The notes below the pieces were generated by a model. That model was not told the DNA's origin. It worked only from the letters and a program-made list of their open reading frames with translations, and searched no databases. This document shows, piece by piece, positions 47,827 through 56,870 of a stretch of 63,882 nt of DNA; within the stretch, counting starts at the first letter, position 1, and each line of letters begins with the position of its first letter. Position numbers and translations under genes: made by a program. Source of the DNA: a virus (Duplodnaviria; Caudoviricetes); the IMG/VR virus record IMGVR_UViG_3300033412_000012, positions 1 through 63,882 of that record. The stretch is one strand, 5' to 3'.

Positions 47827-50800
47827 CGCCGCTTACTCCCGCGTTGTTCGGTCTTGACGATGGTCGTCGGAGCCGCTGCTGACTTGGTGCGTTCCCGCAC
47901 TTCGCGCGCCGGATTCAGGCCCATGTACTGGCACGCCTTGGCGAACTCGTTGAACGCGCGCGTGACTTGCGCCCGGCGAGAAGCCGGAGCCTGATCGCCG
48001 AACTCCTCGTTGCAAGCGCGGTCGAGCTGGTCGTACTTCTCCCACAGACGGTCGAGTTGGTCGCGCGTGATTTTGGACTCGCGCCGAGCCGAATCGGACG
48101 GCGTCCAGATCGAGGTGTTGATTGCGCCTCGGCCGTGCATGTCGTCCCACCAAGCCACTGGAATGCGGCGCGCGCCGGCCAGTTGGTATTGAGTCAACTG
48201 CGGCGCGACGACCTGCGACTGCACGTCCGCGCCGAACTTGGCCTGCAAATCGCGGATGAACGCTTTGTTGTCCGTATAAGGTTGCCAACCGTGACTGCCG
48301 TCCTGATTGGCTTCGCGTTGCAACGATTCCTGCTGCGTCGAAAAGAAGTCGAACGCGGTCATAATCATGGCGCGCGTGACGGGCTCCAACGTCTCGAAAT
48401 CCGAGCGCGTGGCGAGCGACAGGATATCGTCGACCGAATACTCACCCGACAGACTGGACAGAATTTCTGCAACAGGCTTCCCGAAGAACGCCACCTGCAG
48501 CTCCTCGTCATCGGCGGACTTCAGGTCGGCCGGAGCTTGCGGCGCGGTTGCGGACCCGGGATTACCGACCGTGCCGGCGGTAGGGTCCGGCTGCACTTCC
48601 GCCTCCATCACGCCCGAGTCCAGATCGCCGAGGTAGGTGCCGATGACGCGTCCGTCGACACACGCAGTCGTCGTTTTGCCATCCTGCTCAAAAGTCGCGC
48701 CCGGATTAGCCGCCGCAATCTGCGACTTCCACTGCTCGTAGCCGCAAATTGTCACGGGCTCCTGGGTCTGCTCAGTGGATTCAGTCAGCATACGCAGCCC
48801 GGCGGATTTGACACCGGTTTTAGCGGCCTGCTCCAACAGCGCATCGAGACGCTGCTCAGTCCAGCGGTTGCTAGCCTTGCCTTCTGTCAGATTGCGCAGG
48901 ATGCGTTGCACTGACGCCTCGAACGAACGGCCGTAGCAGTAGACCGACGCGATCAGCTCGCGCATCTGGGCAAAACTCATGCCGTCGGTCGCTCCGGCAA
49001 TTTCGCGAATTCGCTCAGCGCCTTCCTTCTTGGCCAACTTGTGCGTGAAGTAGGCCAACCGACCCGCCAGCGGCAGCGATTTCACTTCTACTTTGGTGTC
49101 GAATCGGCCCGACCGCATCACGCGCGGCGGCAGACGCTCCGGATAATTGGTCGTGCCGAGCACCAGCACCCCGTTCATCTGGTCACCGCCGTCCATCAGC
49201 TCCAGCACCGCGTGCTCGTTGTAACTGCACACCTCGTCCATGTCTTCCATGACGACCAGCGCGCGGCGTTCGGGCTCGACTTCTTTGAATTCGCGCAGAC
49301 CAGTAACCACCAGTCCCATATTGCGCATGCCCATGAACACGACCGTATCCTGCGCCACGGCCGCTTCGGTGACTTGCTTGATCAGACACGACTTGCCCAT
49401 GCCGGGCTGGCCGAACATCAGCACGCCGCGCTTGTGGGTCAATCCCATTTCCTGGAACACATCAGCCAAGCCCCAGAAGCGATTGATTTCTTCGTGGATC
49501 GCGTTCAGCCGCTCGTCTTCGAACTGGAGCAACTCGTCCGAGTTGACGTCGATCTTTTCGAAGTAGATACCAGCCATCGACTCCTTGATCTGGTAGACGC
49601 CCGCCTCGAGCGTCGGGCGCGTGCGCCGGACCGTCGACAGCTGGTTACCGGAATCGGCGTATTGAACGAGTACGCGCTCGCGCTTGGTGGCCGCTTCGCA
49701 CAGCGCCTTGGAGGCCGTTGCAGGCGGCCGGGCGATGGTCCAGCAGCGCGGACCGGATTCCGTCTTGCCGATTTCACGGCCCTTGCCGTCGCCACCATCG
49801 ATGTAAGTCGACAGCGGGTTGCCGTCATCGTCCATCGACGTGTAAACGTCGGCATCGCCAACTTTGGTCTTGGCGATGTTGGCAGCCGCATCGTTGTCGT
49901 CCTGCGAGTTTTGCCAGTCGTCACGCGACGTGGTGTCGTCGAATGACGACTCGCCGGTCGGGACCAGCGACGCAGGCAATTGCACATCGGGTTCATTGCA
50001 ATCGACCGAGCCGACCGAAATGGTCTGCACTTGCCCGGTGGTCGGATCGCCGATGACGATGCCGATTTCGAGCGATTCGGCGAAGTCGTGTTCGAACACC
50101 CACGCTTGTTGAGCTTCGGATTGAGTGCCGAATGGCCCGCCGACCGGGCGCCGCGTCGCGCGGTCGATCACTGCGTAACGTTTCATGTTGGATTCCTTGG
50201 TAGGACGTTGATCCGGCTGATGCGGGGCCAGCTCCCGCTGCCATTCCTGTTCAGTCTCGCCCGGCACGGCGGCACTCGACGCCGTGGCCGGCGTGAACCC
50301 GAGCGCGGCCGAAGTCAGTTCGAACACCGTTCCCGAACTGGTCGCCGGGTCCCATGCCCCGATCAACCGGCCGTCCAGCAGCGCCTGTTCGACGCCGCCG
50401 TCGACCTTGCTGTAGACGATGCCGTCCGGAAACGACTTGCGCCACGTCTCGTAGTCTTCCATGTAGCCCATTTCGGACCCCGTGTAGACCGGACGCTCGT
50501 CGCCCTGGATGCCGCCCTCGGGCCACTCGGCGTCCTGCGGCAGGTCGGGCGACAACGGGATGCCGTCGATGGTCTGTTCCGGACCAGTGCCCATCGAAAT
50601 GCCACCCGCGACAGCCTCAGACGGACCCCCGGGGACACCCGGAGGAGGCCCTTCGCCCTCGGGCGGTACGAAGGTAGGGAGCGACTGGGGCGAGCCCGAC
50701 GAAGGGGCCGCGTCGGGCTCGCCGGCCGGCTCCAGAGCGGCGGACGACGGATCGGGCTGCGCCCCTTGCAGCGTGGCATTGGCGCGCAAGTAGGGAATGA

Positions 50801-50948
50801 CGTTGGCCGGGAAGTACTGTCCCATCTGTTCGAGCGTGCTGTACAACTCGTCCAGGTCCACGCCCGGGTTTGTCTTGTAGAGTTGAGCGACGCCGTTCAA
50901 CTCCAGCTCAAGCGTGCCGGCGCTCGGATTGGCGGTAATCTTCGCCAT
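47805..50948 (-). CDS. large modular protein with central classic AAA+ ATPase domain and repeated ~45-aa domains
   Basis: Walker A GQPGMGKS, Walker B VVMEDMD, TTN and RSGRFD motifs. Confidence 0.85.
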   Translation of the reverse strand: MAKITANPSAGTLELELNGVAQLYKTNPGVDLDELYSTLEQMGQYFPANVIPYLRANATLQGAQPDPSSAALEPAGEPDAAPSSGSPQSLPTFVPPEGEGPPPGVPGGPSEAVAGGISMGTGPEQTIDGIPLSPDLPQDAEWPEGGIQGDERPVYTGSEMGYMEDYETWRKSFPDGIVYSKVDGGVEQALLDGRLIGAWDPATSSGTVFELTSAALGFTPATASSAAVPGETEQEWQRELAPHQPDQRPTKESNMKRYAVIDRATRRPVGGPFGTQSEAQQAWVFEHDFAESLEIGIVIGDPTTGQVQTISVGSVDCNEPDVQLPASLVPTGESSFDDTTSRDDWQNSQDDNDAAANIAKTKVGDADVYTSMDDDGNPLSTYIDGGDGKGREIGKTESGPRCWTIARPPATASKALCEAATKRERVLVQYADSGNQLSTVRRTRPTLEAGVYQIKESMAGIYFEKIDVNSDELLQFEDERLNAIHEEINRFWGLADVFQEMGLTHKRGVLMFGQPGMGKSCLIKQVTEAAVAQDTVVFMGMRNMGLVVTGLREFKEVEPERRALVVMEDMDEVCSYNEHAVLELMDGGDQMNGVLVLGTTNYPERLPPRVMRSGRFDTKVEVKSLPLAGRLAYFTHKLAKKEGAERIREIAGATDGMSFAQMRELIASVYCYGRSFEASVQRILRNLTEGKASNRWTEQRLDALLEQAAKTGVKSAGLRMLTESTEQTQEPVTICGYEQWKSQIAAANPGATFEQDGKTTTACVDGRVIGTYLGDLDSGVMEAEVQPDPTAGTVGNPGSATAPQAPADLKSADDEELQVAFFGKPVAEILSSLSGEYSVDDILSLATRSDFETLEPVTRAMIMTAFDFFSTQQESLQREANQDGSHGWQPYTDNKAFIRDLQAKFGADVQSQVVAPQLTQYQLAGARRIPVAWWDDMHGRGAINTSIWTPSDSARRESKITRDQLDRLWEKYDQLDRACNEEFGDQAPASRRAQVTRAFNEFAKACQYMGLNPAREVRERTKSAAAPTTIVKTEQRGSKRRPKARRR

Positions 50949-50960
50949 GCGAGGCTCCGC

Positions 50961-51860
50961 TCAGTTGGAATACAGCAAGTTGAAGCGGCGGCGGCGCTTG
51001 GTCAGACCCACTTTGAACTTCTCGCCCGACTCGATCAGCGTCAGCCGGTCGGCGGCCACGATGATGCGCTTGGCTTCGACCACGCCATTCAGCGTCGAAA
51101 CGATCTCGACTTGAGCCGCATCGGCCGCTTCATTGTAAGACACCACGCGACCGACGCGTTCGGCCTTGCCGTCTTGCCATGCCACGTGCGCTTCCTCGAT
51201 TTCAGGCATGCCGGACGGCGCCCCCAGCTGCTGGTCGTCGACACCGTTACCGAGATCGCCGCCTTGATCGTCATCCTCGGCTCCGGCCGCCGTCGTGCCG
51301 TCCTCGGATTTGGGCGCCTTGATCAGGGCGTCGACTTGGTCGAGCAAGCGGCTGGCTTCATCGGCGTTGCCGGCCTCGAGCGCCGCGTCGACTTGACGCA
51401 GCAAGTCATCCACGCGTTGCTTGCCGGCTTGATCCAATTCCCACGACGACGCTTCGGCCACCAGCCGGCGCGACTCGACCGTGGCCGCTGCCGAATAATT
51501 ACGCCCACCCGTTATTGTCCCGGACGGCTTGTCGAACTGCTCGGGCTGCACACCTTCCTGGCCGGTCGTGACGGGTTCTTCCTCGACCACCGAGAACGTC
51601 ATCACGTCAGCGCCATCAACGGCGCCGTCTTTGGGCTCGGACACGCTGTAACCCGCATCGCGCAGGAACCCGACAATGCGCGACACTTTCTCGCGCGACT
51701 GCTTGTCCTTCTGCCCCAGGAACACAGTTACTTGCTGGCGGTCAAAGTCGTAGCGCGTGCGCAGCCCGGCGATGCCCAAATACGAGGTGATCGCGGTTTC
51801 GACCAGCGATCGCTTGTCCTTTTCCAGCTGGCCGGACAGGCGCAGTTCATGCAATTTCAT
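50961..51860 (-). CDS. acidic probable head-core protein
   Basis: GGAG RBS before MKLHE; many xxE-A/S/T motifs. Confidence 0.65.
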   Translation of the reverse strand: MKLHELRLSGQLEKDKRSLVETAITSYLGIAGLRTRYDFDRQQVTVFLGQKDKQSREKVSRIVGFLRDAGYSVSEPKDGAVDGADVMTFSVVEEEPVTTGQEGVQPEQFDKPSGTITGGRNYSAAATVESRRLVAEASSWELDQAGKQRVDDLLRQVDAALEAGNADEASRLLDQVDALIKAPKSEDGTTAAGAEDDDQGGDLGNGVDDQQLGAPSGMPEIEEAHVAWQDGKAERVGRVVSYNEAADAAQVEIVSTLNGVVEAKRIIVAADRLTLIESGEKFKVGLTKRRRRFNLLYSN

Positions 51861-51885
51861 GTTGTCAGGACTCCGTCGCTGCAAT

Positions 51886-52245
51886 TCAGAGGATTCGCCC
51901 CATCACTTCGGCGTGGAAGGCGGCGAGTTGATCTGGCGTCATTTCAGCCTGTTCAGCAATCGCCGCTGGAGACATCAGGCGACCGAGGACGGCCTCCGGC
52001 GACGCCTGAACGACGGGGGGCGTGCCAGCGAGCGAATTTTTGAGGTCCAACCGCACCGGCCGGCCGGCGAACAAGAGGTGTTGAATCTTGTCCACCCGGT
52101 CCGCCGAGAAGTTGGCCGCGAGAATAGTTTTCACGAAATCGAAGCCGTACACCGTGTACGTGTCCGCGATCAAGTCGTGCACCAGGAACGACTGGTCGTC
52201 GAAGTTGTACTGCAAATCGTACACCGAGTTGAGGCTGTCATTCAT
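51886..52245 (-). CDS. hypothetical protein
   Basis: 119 aa; heads the head operon. Confidence 0.65.
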   Translation of the reverse strand: MNDSLNSVYDLQYNFDDQSFLVHDLIADTYTVYGFDFVKTILAANFSADRVDKIQHLLFAGRPVRLDLKNSLAGTPPVVQASPEAVLGRLMSPAAIAEQAEMTPDQLAAFHAEVMGRIL

Positions 52246-52339
52246 GCTAATGTTCCACCAGTACTGACAAGGTTCTGGCCGAGTAGTGCGGATGGCCAGC
52301 GGCGCGTCTTAGAGTACCACAACCCACAGGAGCACAACA

Positions 52340-52522
52340 ATGCCATCTTTACGCGAACAACTGAATGTGCTGCTCGACTCGCTGCCACTGGAGCAAGCGC
52401 AGCAGCAAGCGATTACCGCGTTCCGCGAAGCGCTGCCGACGCCGGAATTGCGCACAGCGTTCGACACGCTGTACATCATCCTGACTTATCCGTCCGACCG
52501 GACGGCCGCCATCACCCCATAA
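52340..52522 (+). CDS. small hypothetical protein (opposite strand)
   Basis: AGGAG RBS; 60 aa. Confidence 0.55.
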   Translation: MPSLREQLNVLLDSLPLEQAQQQAITAFREALPTPELRTAFDTLYIILTYPSDRTAAITP

Positions 52523-52715
52523 TCAGTCGTTTCGCCGTGACCGACTGACTCGCTTCATCCAGACTCACCACCACTTTCGCGCCGTGCTTGGCGCGCAGCG
52601 CCTGCACGATGCGTTCGGCGGCGGCCCGATCGACTTGGTTGGACTCGTTCAACGGCGCCACGGCCGCCGCATCGGCCGCCAGCTCGGCATCGCGAATTTT
52701 CACTGTGAAAGCCAT
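52512..52715 (-). CDS. small hypothetical protein
   Basis: GGGAGG RBS before MAFTV. Confidence 0.7.
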   Translation of the reverse strand: MAFTVKIRDAELAADAAAVAPLNESNQVDRAAAERIVQALRAKHGAKVVVSLDEASQSVTAKRLIMG

Positions 52716-52735
52716 TTCTACCTCCCTCATAAGGC

Positions 52736-52758
52736 GAGGCCCCGGCAATCGGGGCCTC
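52736..52758 (-). terminator. hairpin after nrdB
   Basis: GAGGCCCCG/CGGGGCCTC inverted repeat. Confidence 0.5.
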
Positions 52759-52786
52759 TTACCCGGTTACTGACAGCACGGTGATA

Positions 52787-53776
52787 TCACGCGCTCACTA
52801 GCGTGGCCGGACGGCGCCAGATGTCGGCCGACGAGCCCGTCATGGCGCCTTTGGCGTAGTCGATCACGCGCATTTTGAAGAAATCAGCGATTTGCACGCC
52901 GGACAACTGCTCGGCCATCCAGTCCTCCACCGTCGAGTGCTGGATTTGGAAGATGTCTTTCAGGCCAAGACTGTGCAGGCGGCGCCCGGCGATGCGGCGC
53001 GTGTATTGCTTGGTTTCCTCGGCCGTCATGCCGCGCACGTCACCCATTTCGAACGCCAAGTCGATGAATTTATCTTCCATCGACACGCCGTCTTCGAAGA
53101 TCCCGTAGATGGCGGACTTGAGCGAGTCGTTCCACAGACCCGGGTTTTCTGAAATGAACTGGCGAAACAGCCACGACGTGCCTTCGCAATGCAGCGATTC
53201 GTCCCGGATCGACCACGACACGATCTGTCCCATTCCGTTCATCATGCCGTGACGCGGGAAGTTGAGCAGCATCGAGAACAGCGCGAACAAGCTGACGCCT
53301 TCGCCCAACCCCGAGAACGCCGCCAGCGAGCGCGCCACTTCGTACGGGTTGTCGTGGTTGAACTGCATCAAGTAGTCGTGCTTGTCCTTCATTTCCTTGT
53401 AGTCCAGGAACGCCGAGTAAGTCGTCTCGGGCATCCCGATGGTATCTAGCAGATAGGAATAAGCGTGCTGGTGGACCGACTCCATGTTGGCGAACGCGCG
53501 CAACATCATGGAAATTTCTTCGTTCTTGAAGAACGGCAAGTAAGTGTTGGTATACGCTTCGTTCGCGATTTCGCGGTCCACTTCCGTGAAGAAACGGAAG
53601 ATATGGGTGAGCAGGTTGCGCTCGCGGTCGGCCAGCTTGTTCTTCCAGTGATCGATGTCGGCCGCCAACGAAATTTCTTCAGGCAGCCAATGAATTTGCT
53701 GCTGGATCTTGTAGTATTCGAAAGCTTCCGGGTAAACGAACGGCTTGTACCAACCCTTTGGTTGCTGCATCGACAT
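52787..53776 (-). CDS. nrdB: ribonucleotide reductase class I beta subunit
   Basis: HWLPEE, FFTEVD, MESVH..AY, EGVSLF, RDESLH and DFF..R..DY motifs. Confidence 0.95.
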   Translation of the reverse strand: MSMQQPKGWYKPFVYPEAFEYYKIQQQIHWLPEEISLAADIDHWKNKLADRERNLLTHIFRFFTEVDREIANEAYTNTYLPFFKNEEISMMLRAFANMESVHQHAYSYLLDTIGMPETTYSAFLDYKEMKDKHDYLMQFNHDNPYEVARSLAAFSGLGEGVSLFALFSMLLNFPRHGMMNGMGQIVSWSIRDESLHCEGTSWLFRQFISENPGLWNDSLKSAIYGIFEDGVSMEDKFIDLAFEMGDVRGMTAEETKQYTRRIAGRRLHSLGLKDIFQIQHSTVEDWMAEQLSGVQIADFFKMRVIDYAKGAMTGSSADIWRRPATLVSA

Positions 53777-53863
53777 GGTTGTTGCTCCTGAGTTCAGATA
53801 AAGGACGACCCGCTGGCTGGCGGAGCCGAACGGGTCGTCACTACGAGTCACTACGAGGCGGAT

Positions 53864-55690
53864 TCAGCCTTGGCAGCCCAAGCATTCGGAGTACTTCTCA
53901 GCATCGTTGGCCGCCGGTTGCCCGAGCGAAATCTCGCGCCGCTGCGTCGAACGCGACACTTGATCGGCGACTTTGACCGAGATCGAACGGCAATAGTAGA
54001 CCGATTTAAGCCCGCGCTTCCAAGCGGCCAGCAACAAGCGATGCGCTTCTTGCCAGCTGATAGTCGGACGCAAGTACAAATTCAACGACTGAGCTTGATC
54101 GATGAATGGTTGGCGGTCAGCCGCATGTTGGATGTACCACATGGGGTCTGTCTCAAATGCAGTCTTGAACACGTCGCGATGCCAATCCGACATCCATTCG
54201 AATTGCTGCACCGAGCCCTCGTGCGCGATGATCGAACGCCATGTTTCGTCGGTGTCACGACCGTACTCGCGCAGCACGCGGATCAGGTGCTTGTTTTTGG
54301 CAATATAAGAGCCCGCTTCCGACTTGCTCAAGTAAGCGTTGGCGGCGTACTGCTCAGTGCTGGGCGACGTGTTGCCGCAGATTTTGCTGCTGGACGCATT
54401 CGGGGCCAGCGCCATCGTGTACGAGAAGCGTACCCCGTGCCCTTTGGCGTCGGGCGCCTCGCCGCGCTCGAGTGCCAGCTCGCGGTTGGCGATGTCGATG
54501 TGCGTACGCAAATGTGAGAAAATGTTGCGATTGGCCGATTGTGCCAGCGCCGACTCGAACGGAATATTCTTCGATTGCAGGTAGGAGTGGAATCCCATCA
54601 GACCAATACCGATCGAACGCTCGCGCGTCGCCGAGTTGACGGCACGCCACAATTCCTCCGGAGCGTGGTCGATGAAGTACTGCAGCACGTTGTCCAAAAA
54701 CTCGGCGATGTCGCGCAAAAACAGCGGGTCGTGGCGCCACTCGTCGAAGTACTCGGCGTTCGGGCTGAGCAAGCAGCACACGGCGGTGCGGTCTGGCGCC
54801 GTGACCAGCGTGATTTCGCTGCACAAGTTGGAATGATGGATACGAAGCCCGAGGTCTCGCAACCAAGGTTTGAGCCCTGCGTTCGACGTGTCGATGAAGT
54901 GCAGGTAAGGCTCACCCGTTTGCTGCCGAGTCGCAATGATGGCTTCCCACAGCGCCATCACTGAAATGGTCTTGGTGACCGCTTTCGAATGCGGGTCGAT
55001 CAATTGCCACTGATCGAGCGTGTCGAACACGTCGGCCGTCAACGGAGCACCACGGTATTCGCCAGTCGACAGCGCTTCGACGCGTTGCATGAACTCGTTC
55101 GACAAGTTGACGCCGTGGTGCAAATTCAAGCACTTGCGGTTCATGTCGCCACCGGTCGGCTTGCGCATCGTGACGAATTCCTCGATTTCGGGGTGGCTGT
55201 CGTCCAAGTAGGCGCAGTACGACGCTTTGCGCACGCCGGTCTGATTCACCGCTTCGATCTGAGCGTCGATCAACTTGAGCCAGGGCATGATGCCGCCTGA
55301 CTTGGCGCCTTTCGAAGTCTTGGTGCCGAGCCCTCGCAAGTGCCCCCAGTAACCGCCGATGCCGCCGCCTTCGGAGGCCAGGAAAGTGTTTTCCTTGACG
55401 TGATACATGATTTCGCGACGCGAGTCACCGACGTAGTTGAGTTCGCAACTGATCGGCAGGCCGCCACCGCGCGCGGCATTGGCCAAAGTCGGCGTCGCGT
55501 ACATGCACCAATGCCGGCTGACGTAACTGTAAATGCGCTGGGCATGCGCGTCATTACTGGCAAAAGCTTGCGCTGCCCGGGCGAAAGCTTGTTGTGGCGA
55601 CGTTTCGTCTTCCAGCATGTAGCTGGTTCGCAACGTTGCCAAGCCCTCAGGAGTAATGAGGGAGTCGAGGGATGGATCAATCTTGACCAT
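53864..55690 (-). CDS. nrdA: ribonucleotide reductase class I alpha subunit (no ATP cone)
   Basis: ATPTL, PISC, GGGIG, SNLCSEI, APNASS, KSVYY and C-terminal CLGC. Confidence 0.95.
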   Translation of the reverse strand: MVKIDPSLDSLITPEGLATLRTSYMLEDETSPQQAFARAAQAFASNDAHAQRIYSYVSRHWCMYATPTLANAARGGGLPISCELNYVGDSRREIMYHVKENTFLASEGGGIGGYWGHLRGLGTKTSKGAKSGGIMPWLKLIDAQIEAVNQTGVRKASYCAYLDDSHPEIEEFVTMRKPTGGDMNRKCLNLHHGVNLSNEFMQRVEALSTGEYRGAPLTADVFDTLDQWQLIDPHSKAVTKTISVMALWEAIIATRQQTGEPYLHFIDTSNAGLKPWLRDLGLRIHHSNLCSEITLVTAPDRTAVCCLLSPNAEYFDEWRHDPLFLRDIAEFLDNVLQYFIDHAPEELWRAVNSATRERSIGIGLMGFHSYLQSKNIPFESALAQSANRNIFSHLRTHIDIANRELALERGEAPDAKGHGVRFSYTMALAPNASSSKICGNTSPSTEQYAANAYLSKSEAGSYIAKNKHLIRVLREYGRDTDETWRSIIAHEGSVQQFEWMSDWHRDVFKTAFETDPMWYIQHAADRQPFIDQAQSLNLYLRPTISWQEAHRLLLAAWKRGLKSVYYCRSISVKVADQVSRSTQRREISLGQPAANDAEKYSECLGCQG

Positions 55691-55735
55691 GCTTGTATTG
55701 TTTCCAATGCGGGCGTATTCGATCAGGCCCGTCGA

Positions 55736-56377
55736 TCACGCGTGCTGATCGGCGATGCCCAGCTTTTGGTCGAAGATCAGGCGGAGAAGGAGGGCGCGAA
55801 ATTCAAACGGAAATGCCGGGTGAGGGAGCTTGTCGACGTACACTCGCAACGCCTGCTCCAAGCCCTCAACCACGAATTTCCAACGCTGGTCCGGGTAACG
55901 GTGGCCCAACCCCTGATTATGAAACGAGAATATGTACCCTTCAGTCAAATCGGCTGTCTTGACTAGGTGAGTAACCAGTTCACTCCAGTGACCGACGACG
56001 CCGCGCCGCTGCCAGAAGTTGACTTCGAGCTTGGAAAAAGCGTCCTTGATGGCCGGAATGCGCTTGGTCGGAGCCGGCGGATCGCCCAGTTCCCACTCTG
56101 GCAAGTCGTGCACCAGCGCGCAAATCAGAATATTGCGCTCCTCGACGGGATCCACTGCGCAGTCCGACTGCCCAAGCTCGCAGCGACACGCGACGAGCGC
56201 GCTGTACAACTTCAGCGCGATCATGGCCACGCGGTAGTGGTGCTCAGCGTTGTTCTGGTCGCGCATCGTGCGAACCATGTGATAACGTGACACGTGTGAC
56301 TGCGCAAAAATGTCGTCAAACTCGAGGCACGAAGCGCTGACCACGGGGTCATTCCGGAGATCCTCAAGCATCGCCAT
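55736..56377 (-). CDS. HD-domain deoxynucleotide phosphohydrolase (YfbR/DatZ-like)
   Basis: SHVSRY...QNNAEHHYRV...ALVHDLPE..LGDPPAPTK...KTADLTE...NQGLGH. Confidence 0.8.
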   Translation of the reverse strand: MAMLEDLRNDPVVSASCLEFDDIFAQSHVSRYHMVRTMRDQNNAEHHYRVAMIALKLYSALVACRCELGQSDCAVDPVEERNILICALVHDLPEWELGDPPAPTKRIPAIKDAFSKLEVNFWQRRGVVGHWSELVTHLVKTADLTEGYIFSFHNQGLGHRYPDQRWKFVVEGLEQALRVYVDKLPHPAFPFEFRALLLRLIFDQKLGIADQHA

Positions 56378-56870
56378 CCTCTGCCTTGACGTGGTACATC
56401 AAACCGTCGGCACGGAACTCCCAGCGGCGCGTTTCATTCAGAGCGATTTTGTCACGCAAGAACTGGTCGACGTCGAGCCCTTGCTGATAACCCACGTCAG
56501 CCGCCAGGATAATCGCGTCGGCAATTTCGGACCCATCGCCGGGGTTAGCCCACAACTCGGGCAGTTCGCGCATCGACAGGCGCACCAGCGTGTCCCACGG
56601 TTTGCGATTCGGAAATACTCGATCAGCCCATCGACCCGATTGCTCGACCAGCCCCGAAAAGGTTTCCCCGTAGCGATACAAGCGCTCGACTCTGGAAAAC
56701 CACTCGTCGGTGAAGTAGTGGAACCCGCCGCGATTGACGATTTCCATCTTGTGGCGGTTGACCGTGGTGTCGTAAGCGAGGCCGCGATACCGATAAACGC
56801 GGTTCGTATCGGTGAAGATACACAGGTCGCCAACACAAACGACGCGGGATTGCGGCTCGAGCGTGCTCAT
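56364..56870 (-). CDS. DUF550/MazZ-like (d)NTP pyrophosphohydrolase with N-terminal extension
   Basis: WADRVFP...RELPEL.ANPGD.SEIAD...DKIALNETRRW...YHVK. Confidence 0.75.
   Translation of the reverse strand: MSTLEPQSRVVCVGDLCIFTDTNRVYRYRGLAYDTTVNRHKMEIVNRGGFHYFTDEWFSRVERLYRYGETFSGLVEQSGRWADRVFPNRKPWDTLVRLSMRELPELWANPGDGSEIADAIILAADVGYQQGLDVDQFLRDKIALNETRRWEFRADGLMYHVKAEDGDA

Noticed and set aside
42184-52043. Long plus-strand ORFs (e.g. 42184-44001, 46188-47645, 49980-52043; also 60280-61581)
   Set aside because: Antisense shadows of GC-rich minus-strand genes that carry clear motifs; no RBS or recognisable domains.
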